Assembly (NCBI RefSeq): GCF_033153115.1
Contig: NW_026889772.1
Coordinates: forward strand, 930,001-994,000
DNA: 64,000 nt
Origin: Saccostrea echinata
Taxonomy: Eukaryota
Reading direction: 5' to 3'
Below are positions 42,001-52,759 of the stretch, piece by piece. The notes under the pieces are model-generated. The model did no database searches. It saw only the letters and a list, made by a program, of their open reading frames with translations, and had not been told where the DNA came from. The translations under genes and the position numbers were made by a program. How positions within the stretch are numbered: the first letter of the stretch is position 1; each line of letters begins with the position of its first letter.

Positions 42001-45000
42001 TAATTATTTAAAGAGCGTTTCACATGATAAAACATTGTTTTAGAGACCTGTAGTTGTGATTCCAGTCACATTGGCGAGGATTGCTCACATGACTTACAGA
42101 CTCCCCCAGCAGAAATCAGCGTCCCTAGCCACGGGTTATGTGACACGAGAAACCGGCCTTGTCTGACACAAAACATCGTGGGCGTTTTCCATATAGCACC
42201 CTATGCCCTGGCTCAACATTTTAAGGTAAGAGGGGTTTTTTTTTATCCCATAGTATCTTATTCTAAACATGACCAAAAACCAAACAGATGAATTTCTTTC
42301 CTAAGGATGCTGATTGTACGGGGCAAAAATCATTCATTTTATTGATATTGGTTCTAAATACTATGATTGAAACACATTGCTAAACACTATGTTAAATAAC
42401 CCAGATATTTTTTTACACAAAAGTTTTATCAATATATAACATGTCAAATAAATGGTAGAGAACCTAGCAGATCAAAATATAGACCAAATAAGATCTTTTT
42501 TCATCATTTCAATATATTGTTGCCAAGTGACTCTCATATTTGGTATATAGCCTTATGGAAATGTAGTGAGGCACGGGGGAGTCATCAACAAAAATAAAAA
42601 TTAATAAATGTCAATGATTCCAGGGTTTTTACCTGAACATCATTTCACTTCTTCATTGTCCCTGACCTTTGCAATCTGACCTTTTGTTAGGGCATTGTTT
42701 TCACACTTACTATGACTACGGCTTACTACGTTTACATGATCAATACAGAAATCTTACGGCGGATGTGACTGGTCGACAGGGGATGCTTACTCCTCCCAGG
42801 CACCTGATCCCACCTCAGGCATGCTTACGATTCTTACTGTTTACAAGATTTAAGAGATCGATCTCATCTTCACCTTTTTAACCTCAGACATTTACACACG
42901 TACAATTAAACCAACTATCATTCACGGTTAACTTTTATATGCAATTTATCAGTTTGAAATCCATCGGCTATTATTTATTTATTTCTACTAAGGAAACATT
43001 CTACACAAATCACAATTAGATAGTTTTTTTTTACCAGCGATAATTATTAGCAGTAAAAGAAGGTCATGAATCTCCTGGATGTTTCTCGCAATAAAATGAA
43101 AGTCAAACCCCGGTCGATATACAGAGAATTATGACAAAACCAATATATATAACTTAACCGTGTTTGAGAGTTATAATAAATATAAATAAAGTGAAATAAG
43201 GGAATTTATACAATAACTCAATCTTCTACAGGCAACAGAAAGTGGTAAAGAGTACAGTAATTACAGCGTAATGGCGAACGTGACGTTACGCCAGCTGAAC
43301 CTTCTGACTGTTACCATACCAACCTATCCCACGTCGTCAAGGAGACGACGCTCCACAGACGGTTCAATACATGGTTGGGATTTAAGCTTTAGTTACGACA
43401 ATTCTACCTTCAGCAACTCTACTTCCGTTGTTGTGTACAATGGCGCCTCCGAATCGTGCGACTACACAACCTATACATGTACCAAGGTATAATTACAATC
43501 ATTTAGTGTGGAGCTACACGTATTCACTTGATGCTATTAATTTTCAAGGTTCTTTTATTTTATCACTTTTGGGACAATTTCTACTTAATTTGTACAGAAG
43601 AAAATTGTTCAAAAGAGATTGACATTTATTTGATTTAAGAACCTATAAGATTCTAAAACTTAACGAAGTCTAAACATAGCATTGAACTATAGTTGGTTAT
43701 TCATATCAAATAATATATGTATGTGTGCATGAATTTGGACTATATGCTTTGAATAAATATGAAAAAGCATGCAGATCTCTACATCATAGTATTTTTTCAT
43801 TGTATTTTGTTCATATTTCAGTTCACATCCGTTCAGGAGGAGTCAGGTAAATTCCACTAAATTCAATATATAATGTATATAATGGTACTATTAATTATTT
43901 TCATTTTCAAAATGTATACCTTTTAAGAACTTTAAGAACACTGAGTGATTGAATTCAGGAAGCTTGAGTTCTCAATATTGAATATATCATTTTTTTTTTA
44001 CAATTTTAATCCACCTTAATTCAAAAAAGGTTTATCCATTGTGGATTTCGACTCTTCCTATGAAATCAGTACAAGTTCAAGCGTGAGTATATACTAGTAT
44101 TCATTGTGTTATCAAAAGCAGTCCTTTGAATCGCAAAAAAAAACTTTTTGTATTTCCAGGCGACAATTCAGTTGCGGCGGCAGCAGCAGGTGGCGCTGTA
44201 GGTGTTGTGGTTGTCTTGGTGATCGTGGGAGTTATTGTTTATTATTTTAAAGTCATCAAAAAGTAAGACTTGAATATAATATTTATAATTATTATCATTA
44301 TTGATTATTATTAATATTGGCTCATCGGTTGTTAGTGCCTGTTTCCAGTTAAAATAAGAACTGGACTAGCATTATTCATTAATCAAAAACTCCGCGCCTT
44401 TTTGACTGTTGAACTGATATGGCCCAGAATTTTGTAAATACAATGTATTTGAAACTATAGTTGATGTATGTTGTAGTTGAAATTTCGAAAAAACAATAAT
44501 TTATTTAGAAATCTGCATAAATTTATCACTCACACAAACATATTTTTGTATACAAATATTACATAGATATGTTTTATTGAATTTGAATGTCCACACTTGA
44601 TAAGGAATAAGTAAAACTTTAGCATGACATCTGTTTTACAGTTTGTTCAAACCTGATCTTTTTCAGTAAAAAGTTATCCCTTTATAACTAGAGTTGTTGA
44701 CACCGCTCACATTTAAGTAACTTTATTTCATTTTTTCCCTTTGAGGCACGAGTTTCTTTTAAGCTTGTAATTATCAAAATTATGTTTGATAAGTTTGGTG
44801 AAGATAATAATATAAATACGTTGTATGCCTAGTAATTTTTTCTGTCAGTGAATGAACCGAGTGTTACAATGAAAAATCAACTGGGATAAATTCTATTAAC
44901 TATTTCCAGCAAAAGACCATCATCAGCTAAGGTTGGTAGCAGTGACAGGGAACTACTAAACTTAAAACAAGACGAGGAGGAGCCTCCCCGACCACCGACC

Positions 45001-45033
45001 GTCAACTCGTGGGTTTCAAATATGAAGAAATAG
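12039..45033 (+). CDS. Gene 1: membrane-anchored, mucin-like VWD + EGF (VWDE-like) protein, about 3139 aa; join(12039-12084,13557-20281,21058-21076,24757-25022,30865-30948,31548-31928,32181-32327,33714-33920,34170-34378,39926-39991,40081-40324,40516-40665,41178-41364,42044-42225,43232-43486,43822-43846,44160-44262,44910-45033)
   Basis: All junctions are GT-AG with compatible phases; the summed CDS is 9420 nt (divisible by 3) and ends in TAG at 45031-45033. Motifs: signal peptide MGPLFVLIFLKFALFAQA, VWD CSSYNDPHMQTFDG and TEGLCGTYNGD...[37 protein letters not shown], TM helix. Exon-for-exon paralogy with gene 2. Confidence 0.88.
13557..20281 (+). CDS. Gene 1 giant exon (6725 nt): 30 x 64-aa repeat followed by a Ser/Thr-rich stalk of about 280 aa
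   Basis: Open frame from the acceptor at 13555-56 to the GTAAGT donor at 20282. Same frame as listed ORF 19457-20332, which starts late because the repeat has no start codon. Confidence 0.88.
13688..19447 (+). repeat. Coding tandem repeat, 192-bp unit x 30 (CTYYTDHFGSSF[Y/S]GGSYSVGPCTDTTWYPSSSYPYTDSNGFT[H/Q]WTTTNSFYTDTNHYPYTSSSS)
   Basis: The TGT (Cys) anchor recurs at 13688, 13880 ... 19256, exactly 29 x 192 apart. Confidence 0.97.
20345..20760 (+). mobile_element. Degenerate Penelope-like retroelement 3' fragment
   Basis: Broken frame reads LTTKLYD..NIPLSPAYGVHVSQLIR**RACS..KLLTNKLMKQ, which I recall as the C-terminal RT region of Penelope-like elements; followed by the CAGGGGATGCT..CTCCTC..GGCACCT motif. 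Confidence 0.7.
21058..21076 (+). CDS. Gene 1 19-nt microexon (TSTPAI)
   Basis: Polypyrimidine tract plus AG and a GTATGT donor; converts phase 0 to the phase 1 needed by the next exon. Confidence 0.7.
22860..23190 (+). mobile_element. Helentron/HINE-like fragment with satellite-like internal repeat
   Basis: Duplicated GAAATTG[C/G]ATATGCAG.TATTTTACCAGA.AATACA.GTCA.GTT.GAATTT block and a GCGGGGGACATTAGTG..stem-loop..CTAGTT end. Confidence 0.5.
24757..25022 (+). CDS. Gene 1 exon, Ig-like/VWDE N-terminal region (VTVDPPTLSL...YNIQWYIN...RLNMN)
   Basis: ORF 24762-25064 trimmed to AG/GT; homologous to gene 2 exon 57417-57676. Confidence 0.88.
25801..26174 (+). mobile_element. tRNA-derived SINE, same core with a different head
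   Basis: GGTAGCTCAGTGGTAGAGC A box, shared core, (ATCA)n tail, TSD TCTATGTA. Confidence 0.82.
26781..27042 (+). mobile_element. SINE copy with internal deletion of the B-box region
   Basis: Same family as 11086; TSD TCTATGATTTTT(T)CC at 26766-80 and 27043-56. Confidence 0.85.
28551..28886. mobile_element. TTAA-flanked MITE (Kolobok-type)
   Basis: TTAA|GGACATACGCAACGTA ... TACGTTGCGTATGTCC|TTAA, perfect 16-bp TIR. Confidence 0.82.
30865..30948 (+). CDS. Gene 1 exon (VNCSVSAQY...FFAGVK)
   Basis: AG/GT bounded; homologous to 57854-57940. Confidence 0.88.
31116..31341. mobile_element. TA-flanked MITE, degraded (Tc1/mariner-type)
   Basis: CTATGGAATCATT ... AATAATTCCACA imperfect TIR with internal CCACGAA repeats. 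Confidence 0.55.
31548..31928 (+). CDS. Gene 1 exon (VNQTFVDVDEG...FDDTIA)
   Basis: AG/GT bounded; homologous to 58079-58462. Confidence 0.88.
32181..32327 (+). CDS. Gene 1 exon, start of VWD domain
   Basis: CSSYNDPHMQTFDG...GEFVMY matches the VWD N-terminal C-x-x-x-GDPH-x-x-TFDG signature. Confidence 0.9.
33106..33589. mobile_element. hAT-type MITE
   Basis: 8-bp TSD AAATTGAT; TIR TAGGGCTGTCACG / CGTGACAGCCCTA; subterminal ACCGA/TCGGT repeats. Confidence 0.88.
33714..33920 (+). CDS. Gene 1 exon, VWD middle (VHALFSAC...CNCGVAV...SRYR)
   Basis: AG/GT bounded; homologous to 58844-59053. Confidence 0.88.
34170..34378 (+). CDS. Gene 1 exon, VWD C-terminus
   Basis: TEGLCGTYNGDTSDDF...FAVSWR is the VWD hallmark. 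Confidence 0.9.
34549..36084. mobile_element. Non-autonomous hAT element, 1.5 kb
   Basis: 8-bp TSD ACATAAAA; TIR CAGGGATGGG / CCCATCCCTG; subterminal GTAATCGATTA(C) arrays at both ends. Confidence 0.88.
37619..37799. other. Assembly gap (181 N)
   Basis: Run of N. Confidence 1.
38402..38650 (+). mobile_element. Penelope-like 3' fragment
   Basis: Same family as 20580-20760. Confidence 0.65.
39120..39445 (-). mobile_element. Helentron/HINE-like fragment
   Basis: GACGCACGACGACGGAC tract and terminal hairpin TAGGTCACCTGAGTCACCCAGGTGACCTA. Confidence 0.5.
39926..40665 (+). CDS. Gene 1 exons 39926-39991, 40081-40324 (Cys-rich, RRKR) and 40516-40665
   Basis: Phases 2/2/0 are consistent; homologous to 62451-62510, 62613-62871 and 63081-63230. 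Confidence 0.85.
40800..41000. mobile_element. TA-flanked MITE (Tc1/mariner-type)
   Basis: TA|CTGTAAACCAACT ... AGTTGGTTTACAG|TA. Confidence 0.8.
41178..42225 (+). CDS. Gene 1 exons 41178-41364 and 42044-42225, encoding the EGF-like domain
   Basis: [28 protein letters not shown] spans a phase-1 intron. Confidence 0.88.
41576..41681. repeat. 50-bp direct tandem duplication, intronic
   Basis: ATTCAACCTTGATTCAAGGCAG.CTAAATCAACTAAGGATTAAATGTCAA occurs twice. Confidence 0.9.
42665..42830 (+). mobile_element. Penelope-like 3' fragment
   Basis: GACAGGGGATGCTTACTCCTCCCAGGCACCTGATCCCACCTC motif. Confidence 0.6.
43232..45033 (+). CDS. Gene 1 terminal exons 43232-43486 (RRRR), 43822-43846, 44160-44262 (TM helix) and 44910-45033 (cytoplasmic tail, stop)
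   Basis: TM segment VAAAAAGGAVGVVVVLVIVGVIVYYF is followed by basic KVIKNKR; phases 0/1/2 are consistent. Confidence 0.82.
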
Positions 45034-45269
45034 CTTATGATGGATATAAAAGAAATAGCTAGAGATGGATATTTAAGAAATAGCTAGAGATGATTATTAA
45101 TGAAATACCTAGAGATTTAAGAAATAGAGATGGATATGAAATTACCGTGTGCTCAAACAAGATATTCAAACTAAGCACTTAAATCATATATATGTTATTC
45201 TGTCCCTATTATTCGAATTATTTACTTTAAGATGTTTCTTTTTAATGTTCAATGTATTCTAATTATTAA

Positions 45270-45270
<1 letters not shown>

Positions 45271-45340
<70 letters not shown>
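45271..45340. repeat. Compound (CT)n(CA)n microsatellite in the gene 1 3' region
   Basis: Read directly. Confidence 0.95.
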
Positions 45341-45342
<2 letters not shown>

Positions 45343-45356
45343 TACAAAATGGTATC

Positions 45357-45362
45357 AATAAA
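45357..45362 (+). promoter_or_regulatory. Candidate polyadenylation signal of gene 1
   Basis: AATAAA about 325 nt after the stop codon; weak evidence in AT-rich DNA. Confidence 0.35.
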
Positions 45363-46034
45363 AAAATTATCATTCAATGTAACTGCACCATGAACTGCAA
45401 AAACAAGGTTTAAACAATCATAGGAACGTTTAAACAAGAACATGTAAATGTTTCATCTAAGGTCCATGAAAGAAAAAAAGATCTTGAATCTCCCCTCCCG
45501 ATTTGTTCTTTTCTGAATTGGATGTGGACTGAAATGAGAAACTATATGTAAACTTTCTAATTTTAACAGATTCTTTAAAATTTTGGCCGTGCTGATTTTT
45601 TATGAGATGTATTTGAAGGGTGGGGAGTTGATGATTATGTCATACGCTTTATTTTCGAGCACCTGGTTGACTTCAACGAAAAAAAAAAAGCTTGCATGCA
45701 TTGTTGAATGGCTGTGTGTTTCTTTATCTCTTGTTTCTTCTAAGATTCAAGAACTGTTTTACAAGATCTGAAAAGTCGTAGTAATTAATATCCACTAACT
45801 ACAGGTGAGCAATTTTAGTGAGAATATAAAGTAAAATTCAATACTGTACTGGCACCCGTGACCTTAGTTACTTTTTCTGTATGCTTCTAGTTAATATTTT
45901 TTTCTTCTAAAATTCATCTGGATGCATCATTGTAAAAAGTGTCAATCTCTGATTTTGTGTAGCGACTCGGTAAACACTTACCTCGATAGCCTTAAGATTT
46001 TCATTCAGTGGTGTAAAGCGTTAATCATTTTTGT

Positions 46035-46077
<43 letters not shown>

Positions 46078-47369
46078 ATGCACGATTGGATGTAATCATC
46101 ATTTTCATATCTTGGTAAAATATACACATTTGGTAACATGATACTCTTACTTATCTGCATTGTAGGTAGTTTTATGACAATTTGTAAAGGAGGGATTTTT
46201 TTTAAATTAAAATGCATTTGTTTTTGTACAACGTTAATTTTTGTTTTTGAACCGTCTTTCTCTTTCCAATGAATGACGGTAATATTTTAACTAAATGACG
46301 TCTGAAAAAGACATTTGTTGATAACTAAATTACGTCTGAAAAAGACAGTTGTTGATAGATCTAATATAATTGTATTATATTTCAAATGCAATGTTAATAA
46401 AATGATATCAAATTTTACGGTGCTGCTACCGGTGAATTGTCACATCGGGACATCCGTCCTTTGTTGGTTGTTACTCAAATTAAAGGCTGAACATTTCTGT
46501 TGTTAATGTAATTTGATGCATCATTATTAGACAAATAATTTCTGATGTTATGTTTGTTTTATTGACATAATTTAAATATATGCATTATATGTGACAAAGC
46601 AACTATTTAATACCTTTATCCGTCCTTTTTTTAACTGTATATATGGGAAAAGAGTATTATTTTATATTTGTTACTGTTTCTCTTAAAACGTTTGAAACGT
46701 TTATTTTATTTTAGATTTATTTTTATTTGAAACTGTTTATGAATAAACTTCTAATATATATTATAAATACTTCGTACAGCTGGTCTGTAATGATCACATT
46801 CCTAGTGTTGTGCTTGATTTTTATCTTATGTAAAATATAAAGGCACCGTGAAGGAGATAGGCAATACTGTTATCTTTTTAAATCTAACTCTCCGTGAAAA
46901 TGCTAGTATTAGGAAGTATAAAATTGTGTATTTTATAAAATATAAGAAAATTTATTAATTGTCGAGTCTTTTGTATTTATTCATTTTGTCAATTTGTTTT
47001 AAGAGTTTTATATATGTTAATACTTCCTTACAAATAAAAATTTTCTATCAAAAAGAAAACTAATAAATGAAACAGCTGGAACTTGTTAAAGCCTTTGCGA
47101 TTGGTTATCAATAGAGTATCAAACTTATGAGAAAAATAATGGATTAAAGAGAACTACTGCTGAAAGAAAGAGTTAAATTCCATAAAAAGTGGCGTTTCAG
47201 TGAAAGTCTTGCAATATCCCGATATTACAGAAAAAAAAAATTAAAGAGAGAGATTTAGCAGAAGACTGAATGACGTGAAGATAAAAAAAATAGTTATGCT
47301 CAATTGCTCAACGCCCAGTGAAACAATAAAGTTGTGAGCAGAGCAAAAACAGCACTCTGAAAATTTTCA

Positions 47370-48259
47370 GATTTGGGATCAGGTGCCATGGAGGAGTAAG
47401 CATCCCCTGTCATCCGGTCACTTTGCCGTGTGCTTTTGGAATGATCGAGTACACAGAAAAATCTGAAGACAATTCAGTATGAAAATTAATATGAAAGACA
47501 TCATTCAACGTTCAGCCTATTGACAGATCCATCCAGTAATTTGTCAATTTCCTGCCTCTTTTTAGAAATTGTTCATAAGAAGAACAATCAACTTGGAGAC
47601 AAAAACTTCATGTGCAGGTAATAATGATATATTGCTACATGATAAATAAGGGAAGTTGACGAAAGAAGAGTTAAAGTTGGTTTTAGTATGGTTATATATC
47701 TGTCCGTCAGTTTGTCGTAAAAAATGCGTATAGTTCACAGCTCAAACTCCCGTAATTAGAACACTTCAAGTATTCTATAAATGGAATATTTATGCATTTT
47801 TGATCTTCTACACAACTTTTGCGAGGTTTTCATCAATTAAAAACCCCTTTTTTCGAATTACTTATATTTTTGCCTTGCAAGTGCTTTTTATACAAGATGA
47901 TATGTAATTAAGCTACCTATGGACATGTATTTGTTCTCCGGCACTCAATGGATGCAATCTACTGTTTGATAACAATAACAGCTGAATAAAATCGCTTACT
48001 TTCTAATTAAATAATGTTAGAATATCATGACAAAGTTGGAGATAACGAACAGTGATCGATCTAAAAAAAAAATACAAACAATACAAATCTGTGAACAGGG
48101 CATATAAAACACGGAGCTCGGAAAATCTAGAGGTGGGATCAGGTGCCTAGAATGAGTAAGCATCCCCTGTCAACCGGTCACACCTTCCGTGAGCCCATTG
48201 CATTGATCAGATAAACGGAATGTCCGTAGTCAAAGGATGATTGCACTTAAGGACATGAA

Positions 48260-48290
<31 letters not shown>

Positions 48291-49515
48291 GTAAACTTTC
48301 AAAGCAAGCATTTTTCCTTTAATTGCAGGAGTGAACCAATATACAACTTTACGTAACTTCATTAAACAGTAATATATCTGTTTTCGTAAAAGGGGTCACG
48401 ATTTACGATTTCTTTACTGACATTAAAACACATAGCGCATTTTTGTCTATTGTTCTCTGTATAATTGAAGTTGTATAGTTGCATCAAAAGGAGTTTGATA
48501 GACAATCATGAGCTCTTAGTTTACAAGAGAAGAACTGCTTCTTCTTACAATTCCTAGCTCTTTGTTGTAATGAAGGGTTGTGACATGTTGAAAATTATAA
48601 TTTACCAATTGATCTCGTACTTCAGGAAACTTTGTGAATACTAAATTACGTCACGTGACTTGTGAGGTGGCATGTTTTGGACTAACGATGGCATTGTGTT
48701 TGAACAGTCAGTATTGATTTAAAGTAGTCTGTACTTACATGTACGTGGCCATATTGTCATTTTCGTCTAAAAACCTTTGTACAAAAAGAAAGAGTAGAAA
48801 GGGATCGAGGAAAGCGTGATCACGTATTTTTATACATTTCATTGTTATTTATGCTATTCTAAATTAGACCCATTCTTATAATGTAAACTCCATCTCTCAT
48901 GCATACTTTTATCAAGCTGATGTTCAATAAAGGTCAGGTAAATGTCATTTTTCTGTATTTGGAAGCAGTGAGGACAAAAAAAAAAAAAAAACAGAATTTA
49001 TTTATTGTATCACAGTCTAAAATCATTTTACATTTGAATTTGGTTTCAAATTGAAAAGATTCTTTGATAAATAAACAAAACTGAAATTAGCTTATGATAT
49101 AAAAGCAAAATAAGCAACACCAAAAAACAACAAAAAAACAACAAAAAAACAAACAAACAAACAAAACAAAACCCGGCGTTAAGAGCAGTCATCCTTTAGT
49201 ATAAAAACAAAAGTCTTACAATTGGTATAAAATATGTCAGACAAAATATGTCACAATGATAGATTATATTTACTAACAAGGTCATAATCATGACCATAGA
49301 ATTTACTGACTTTAAACGAGGTTGTTGAAATCCCCTAAATCAACTTATTTGTCAATAGCCTGCCTCTGATTTAAAATTGATCGCACTCAGAACATGCTAT
49401 TGAGTATCGAATAAGTTGAGAGACATAAACACCATATGCAGGTGATAGCGGAAATTACTTCATAAATAAGTGAAGTTGGCGATAGAAAAGTTAAAATCAT
49501 CTCGTTTATAGTCAG
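47370..49515 (-). mobile_element. Cluster of Penelope-like fragments (about 47370-47700, 48030-48235, 49290-49515)
   Basis: Reverse-strand 3' motif occurs twice; 49290-49515 reads (with frameshift) KRDDFNFSIANF...SPAYGVYVSQLIRYS. Confidence 0.65.
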
Positions 49516-52500
49516 TAAAACATCCAAATAAGAAACAGATGTGACAGACTATGTGGTGTCTTTTATTTCGAGTTCACTGGGATATATCGAGTCGACATAT
49601 AAATGGAAGTAACTATTGGTAATTGATAACACGTCGTCGACATATCTGAATGTAAAGTTGAAGACCACAACAAGTTTTTTTTCTTCTCATGTAAAAGTTT
49701 CTGAATAAATTTCTGCTTCATAGCAATATAAAACATGTCGGCTAATAAAAGAACACAACTACTGGTCGTCGTTATTCCAACAGTTTTTTGGAAGACCTCT
49801 CCAAAGACTAAATAGAACTACAGCATTCTTTTAATATCAACTTCAGAGTACTTGTGTGTAGAATCACTGATTTTTAACCACGTAATTTTGTTGATGATCA
49901 ATCACAAGATATGAAAATTTCGAGTTCCGTTTTTATTAAAGTCTTTGATATCAAACAGACATTTGGAAAATTTGGTGATTTTAAATTTTCTTAAAATTCT
50001 TTGAAGTTTTGAAGAATCCACATCTGATTTATATCACTTCTAGAATACACTGTAGCACAGGACATTAACATATGAAGTTTCTCCAAAACAGCAGTTAATA
50101 TTTTTGTAAGGAGAAAAAGTAGGGGCTAGGTAGAGCATTTGTTAGATCGACAATGTATCTTTATTTGTTGGAATTTTAATGAAATTAGAAATCCTGTATA
50201 GGTAGGATAATTCGAACTCATATTTGTTGTCTGGAATGTTAAAAGTATTAAACACTGTATCGTGATTTTGAAGAATATCATCCTTAGAAAGTAAACTGTG
50301 GGTAAAGTTTGATTTCAAAACGTAGAATTAAAAACCAAGTTTGTCTAAAATACAGTTATAATAAAGAAAATATTGTTGCAAGACTTGTTTGCTGGAACCA
50401 TAACATATTGTTCATATAGTCTTTTTAATTCTTTTATGACCTCCGATTTAATGAAAACGGAAGGATAGGCCTTTTAACTTTTAACACGATTCTTTAACAT
50501 ATTCCTGAACATCTAATCAATTCTGACAAAGTATTCAGGTCTTCTCCTTATTATATTGAGCCCCAACGTCTTGCATAATCTTCGACAGAATTCAAAACAG
50601 AAATGAAGTTCTGTCGCCAGTTAAAAGAACGAGGCTCCCTGAATTTAGGACCTTTAAGGTTATTTCTTTTAGGTCTTCATTTTCAAGTGCATGTATATTA
50701 AATCCCCGTTAATTATATGTCCAGCGGGACTGTAGTTGAAAGAAGAAGAAGAGCAAGGGCACTTAAGAGGATTTTGTTTTATATGTTCAATATCAAGGAA
50801 TTGTAATTTTTTTCTTAATAATTGAAAAGTTTGAAAGCAAGAGTTTGGGAATATCTGTAGGAATTGCAGGGTGTAGATTTCGACTTGAAATGTGGTGGAA
50901 TGCAAGATTGAACTTTTTTTATGATTAAGAATGTTACTAATATTCATAGCATCTATTCCTTAGTTGGCAAATTTAAGTTTAAAGAGCCGATGGGTTGAAT
51001 CAGAATTCGGCGAAATATATATATATATCTCGTCTTTGTCGACTAACCAAGGAGTGCACCCGTATCTTAAATTCTAGTTGGTCTGCAGTTACGTAGACTT
51101 TAAAAAGAATTTCAATAAACTCATCTTGAGTTTCAATATTCAGAAAACACAAATAAATTCTTCATTATTCAATCAGGTAATCGCGATCCAACAGGGAGAT
51201 TGGATCAACTCCCAGACGTTATGTTGTTCGGAAATTAAATGGTCAAGGTAAACATTTCAAATTACTGAATTTAATTTTGTTTTCCAAAACAGACTTATTT
51301 TATTTGATTTCCCACTAATGTACATAAATTTGTCGTGCTTTCCTTACTCCCATTGTAATTTAAGAATTCTCTAATTCACTCTTCTTCAATGAACTTTTGT
51401 ATCAGAATTTTGGAAACTGATAATTTCTAAAATCCAGATTAACTTAATTTTGAAAATATCTACAAAATATCTACGAGTAAGATGAAGTTGTATGAGCCTT
51501 ACTAATTGCTTCTCACTATTCGTTGACCATGAATTGACAGTGTGACTGTCTAGTCTGTTAAAAAGCATTAAAGCTCATGTTTCTTATTATTTGAAAATTG
51601 TGCGACTATAAATAAAAATTATTTGTAAACTTACTTACTGTGTAGAAGTTTGACGAACAATTATGTCTTTTAAGAAAATAATTGGGAAACCACACATAAT
51701 TATGGAAATGATACTTATATCAGGGTACAGAGATTTTTACTTTCAGCAAGTTTTCCTATCCATGAAGAGTATAGTAAAACTCCTTCAGTACGAACTTGGA
51801 TGTAGAGAAGTTTTTTTTTTTGGCATTCCTCGGCAAAATTCTAACAATTTCTTGTAAAATTTTACGGATATAACGTATTCGGATATAGCGAATTTTCGGT
51901 TATAACGAGCTGATTTTTTGTCCCCGATAAGATGAAATTAACGAAATTTACATTTCAATGGCGAAATTTCATAGATCTAAATTTTTTTTTAATAAATATT
52001 GAACTGACACATTAATTTTGTAAATTTTGATATTTGAAACTCAATTCATCTGAAAACTTTTGAACTCCAAGGCGCATTTTGTATTTTATTTTTCCCTAAA
52101 TACATTTGGTAGTCATACTTGAATGAAAAATCTATATTGCGAATTCGCTATGTATGCTTTAATAATTCGTTATACGGATATAACGATTTACGGATATACC
52201 AAAGTAAATTCGCAGGCCCCCTCTCAATCTACATTCATTAAGTTAAAATTTCTTTAAATTAATTTGTTGTCGTGAGTTCTTTGTTTTGAAACATATTAGA
52301 TATATATTTGATACATATTTGTCAAATTTCCTATGCCTGTAGATGAGCATAACGTGATTTATAGATATTAAATGTATGCTCCTATGATAAATAGTATTAA
52401 ACATTATTGCTTATCCTAATTAGAGCTGTAAATTTACAACAAAGTCTTAAACATTTCAACTAAAATATTTTTTATTTTGTGTCTGATTGTGATCTTTTCC

Positions 52501-52695
52501 TCCGCGTGAAATCATAAGGTCAGTACAGTATATGTATTCATTTTATTTAAAACCTGTTAAATTTAAAGTTACAATAGAGAAGAATAAACACTCAAACAAA
52601 ATAATCCATCTCCTTTTCCTGTCTTTTTAGTTAATTTGGATTGGGCTTATTTATGTATTTTCCCATTCAATACCAGGTTTTTAATTCCAGATAAC

Positions 52696-52759
52696 ATGTT
52701 TACCATAAGATGGTTGGTCGTTGTCTGTCTGTGCCTTTTGAGTTGTTGCCAATTCACAG
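52696..52759 (+). CDS. Gene 2 first coding exon, signal peptide
   Basis: ATG at 52696, hydrophobic core, phase-1 donor GTAATT at 52760 in frame with 53599. Confidence 0.8.
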
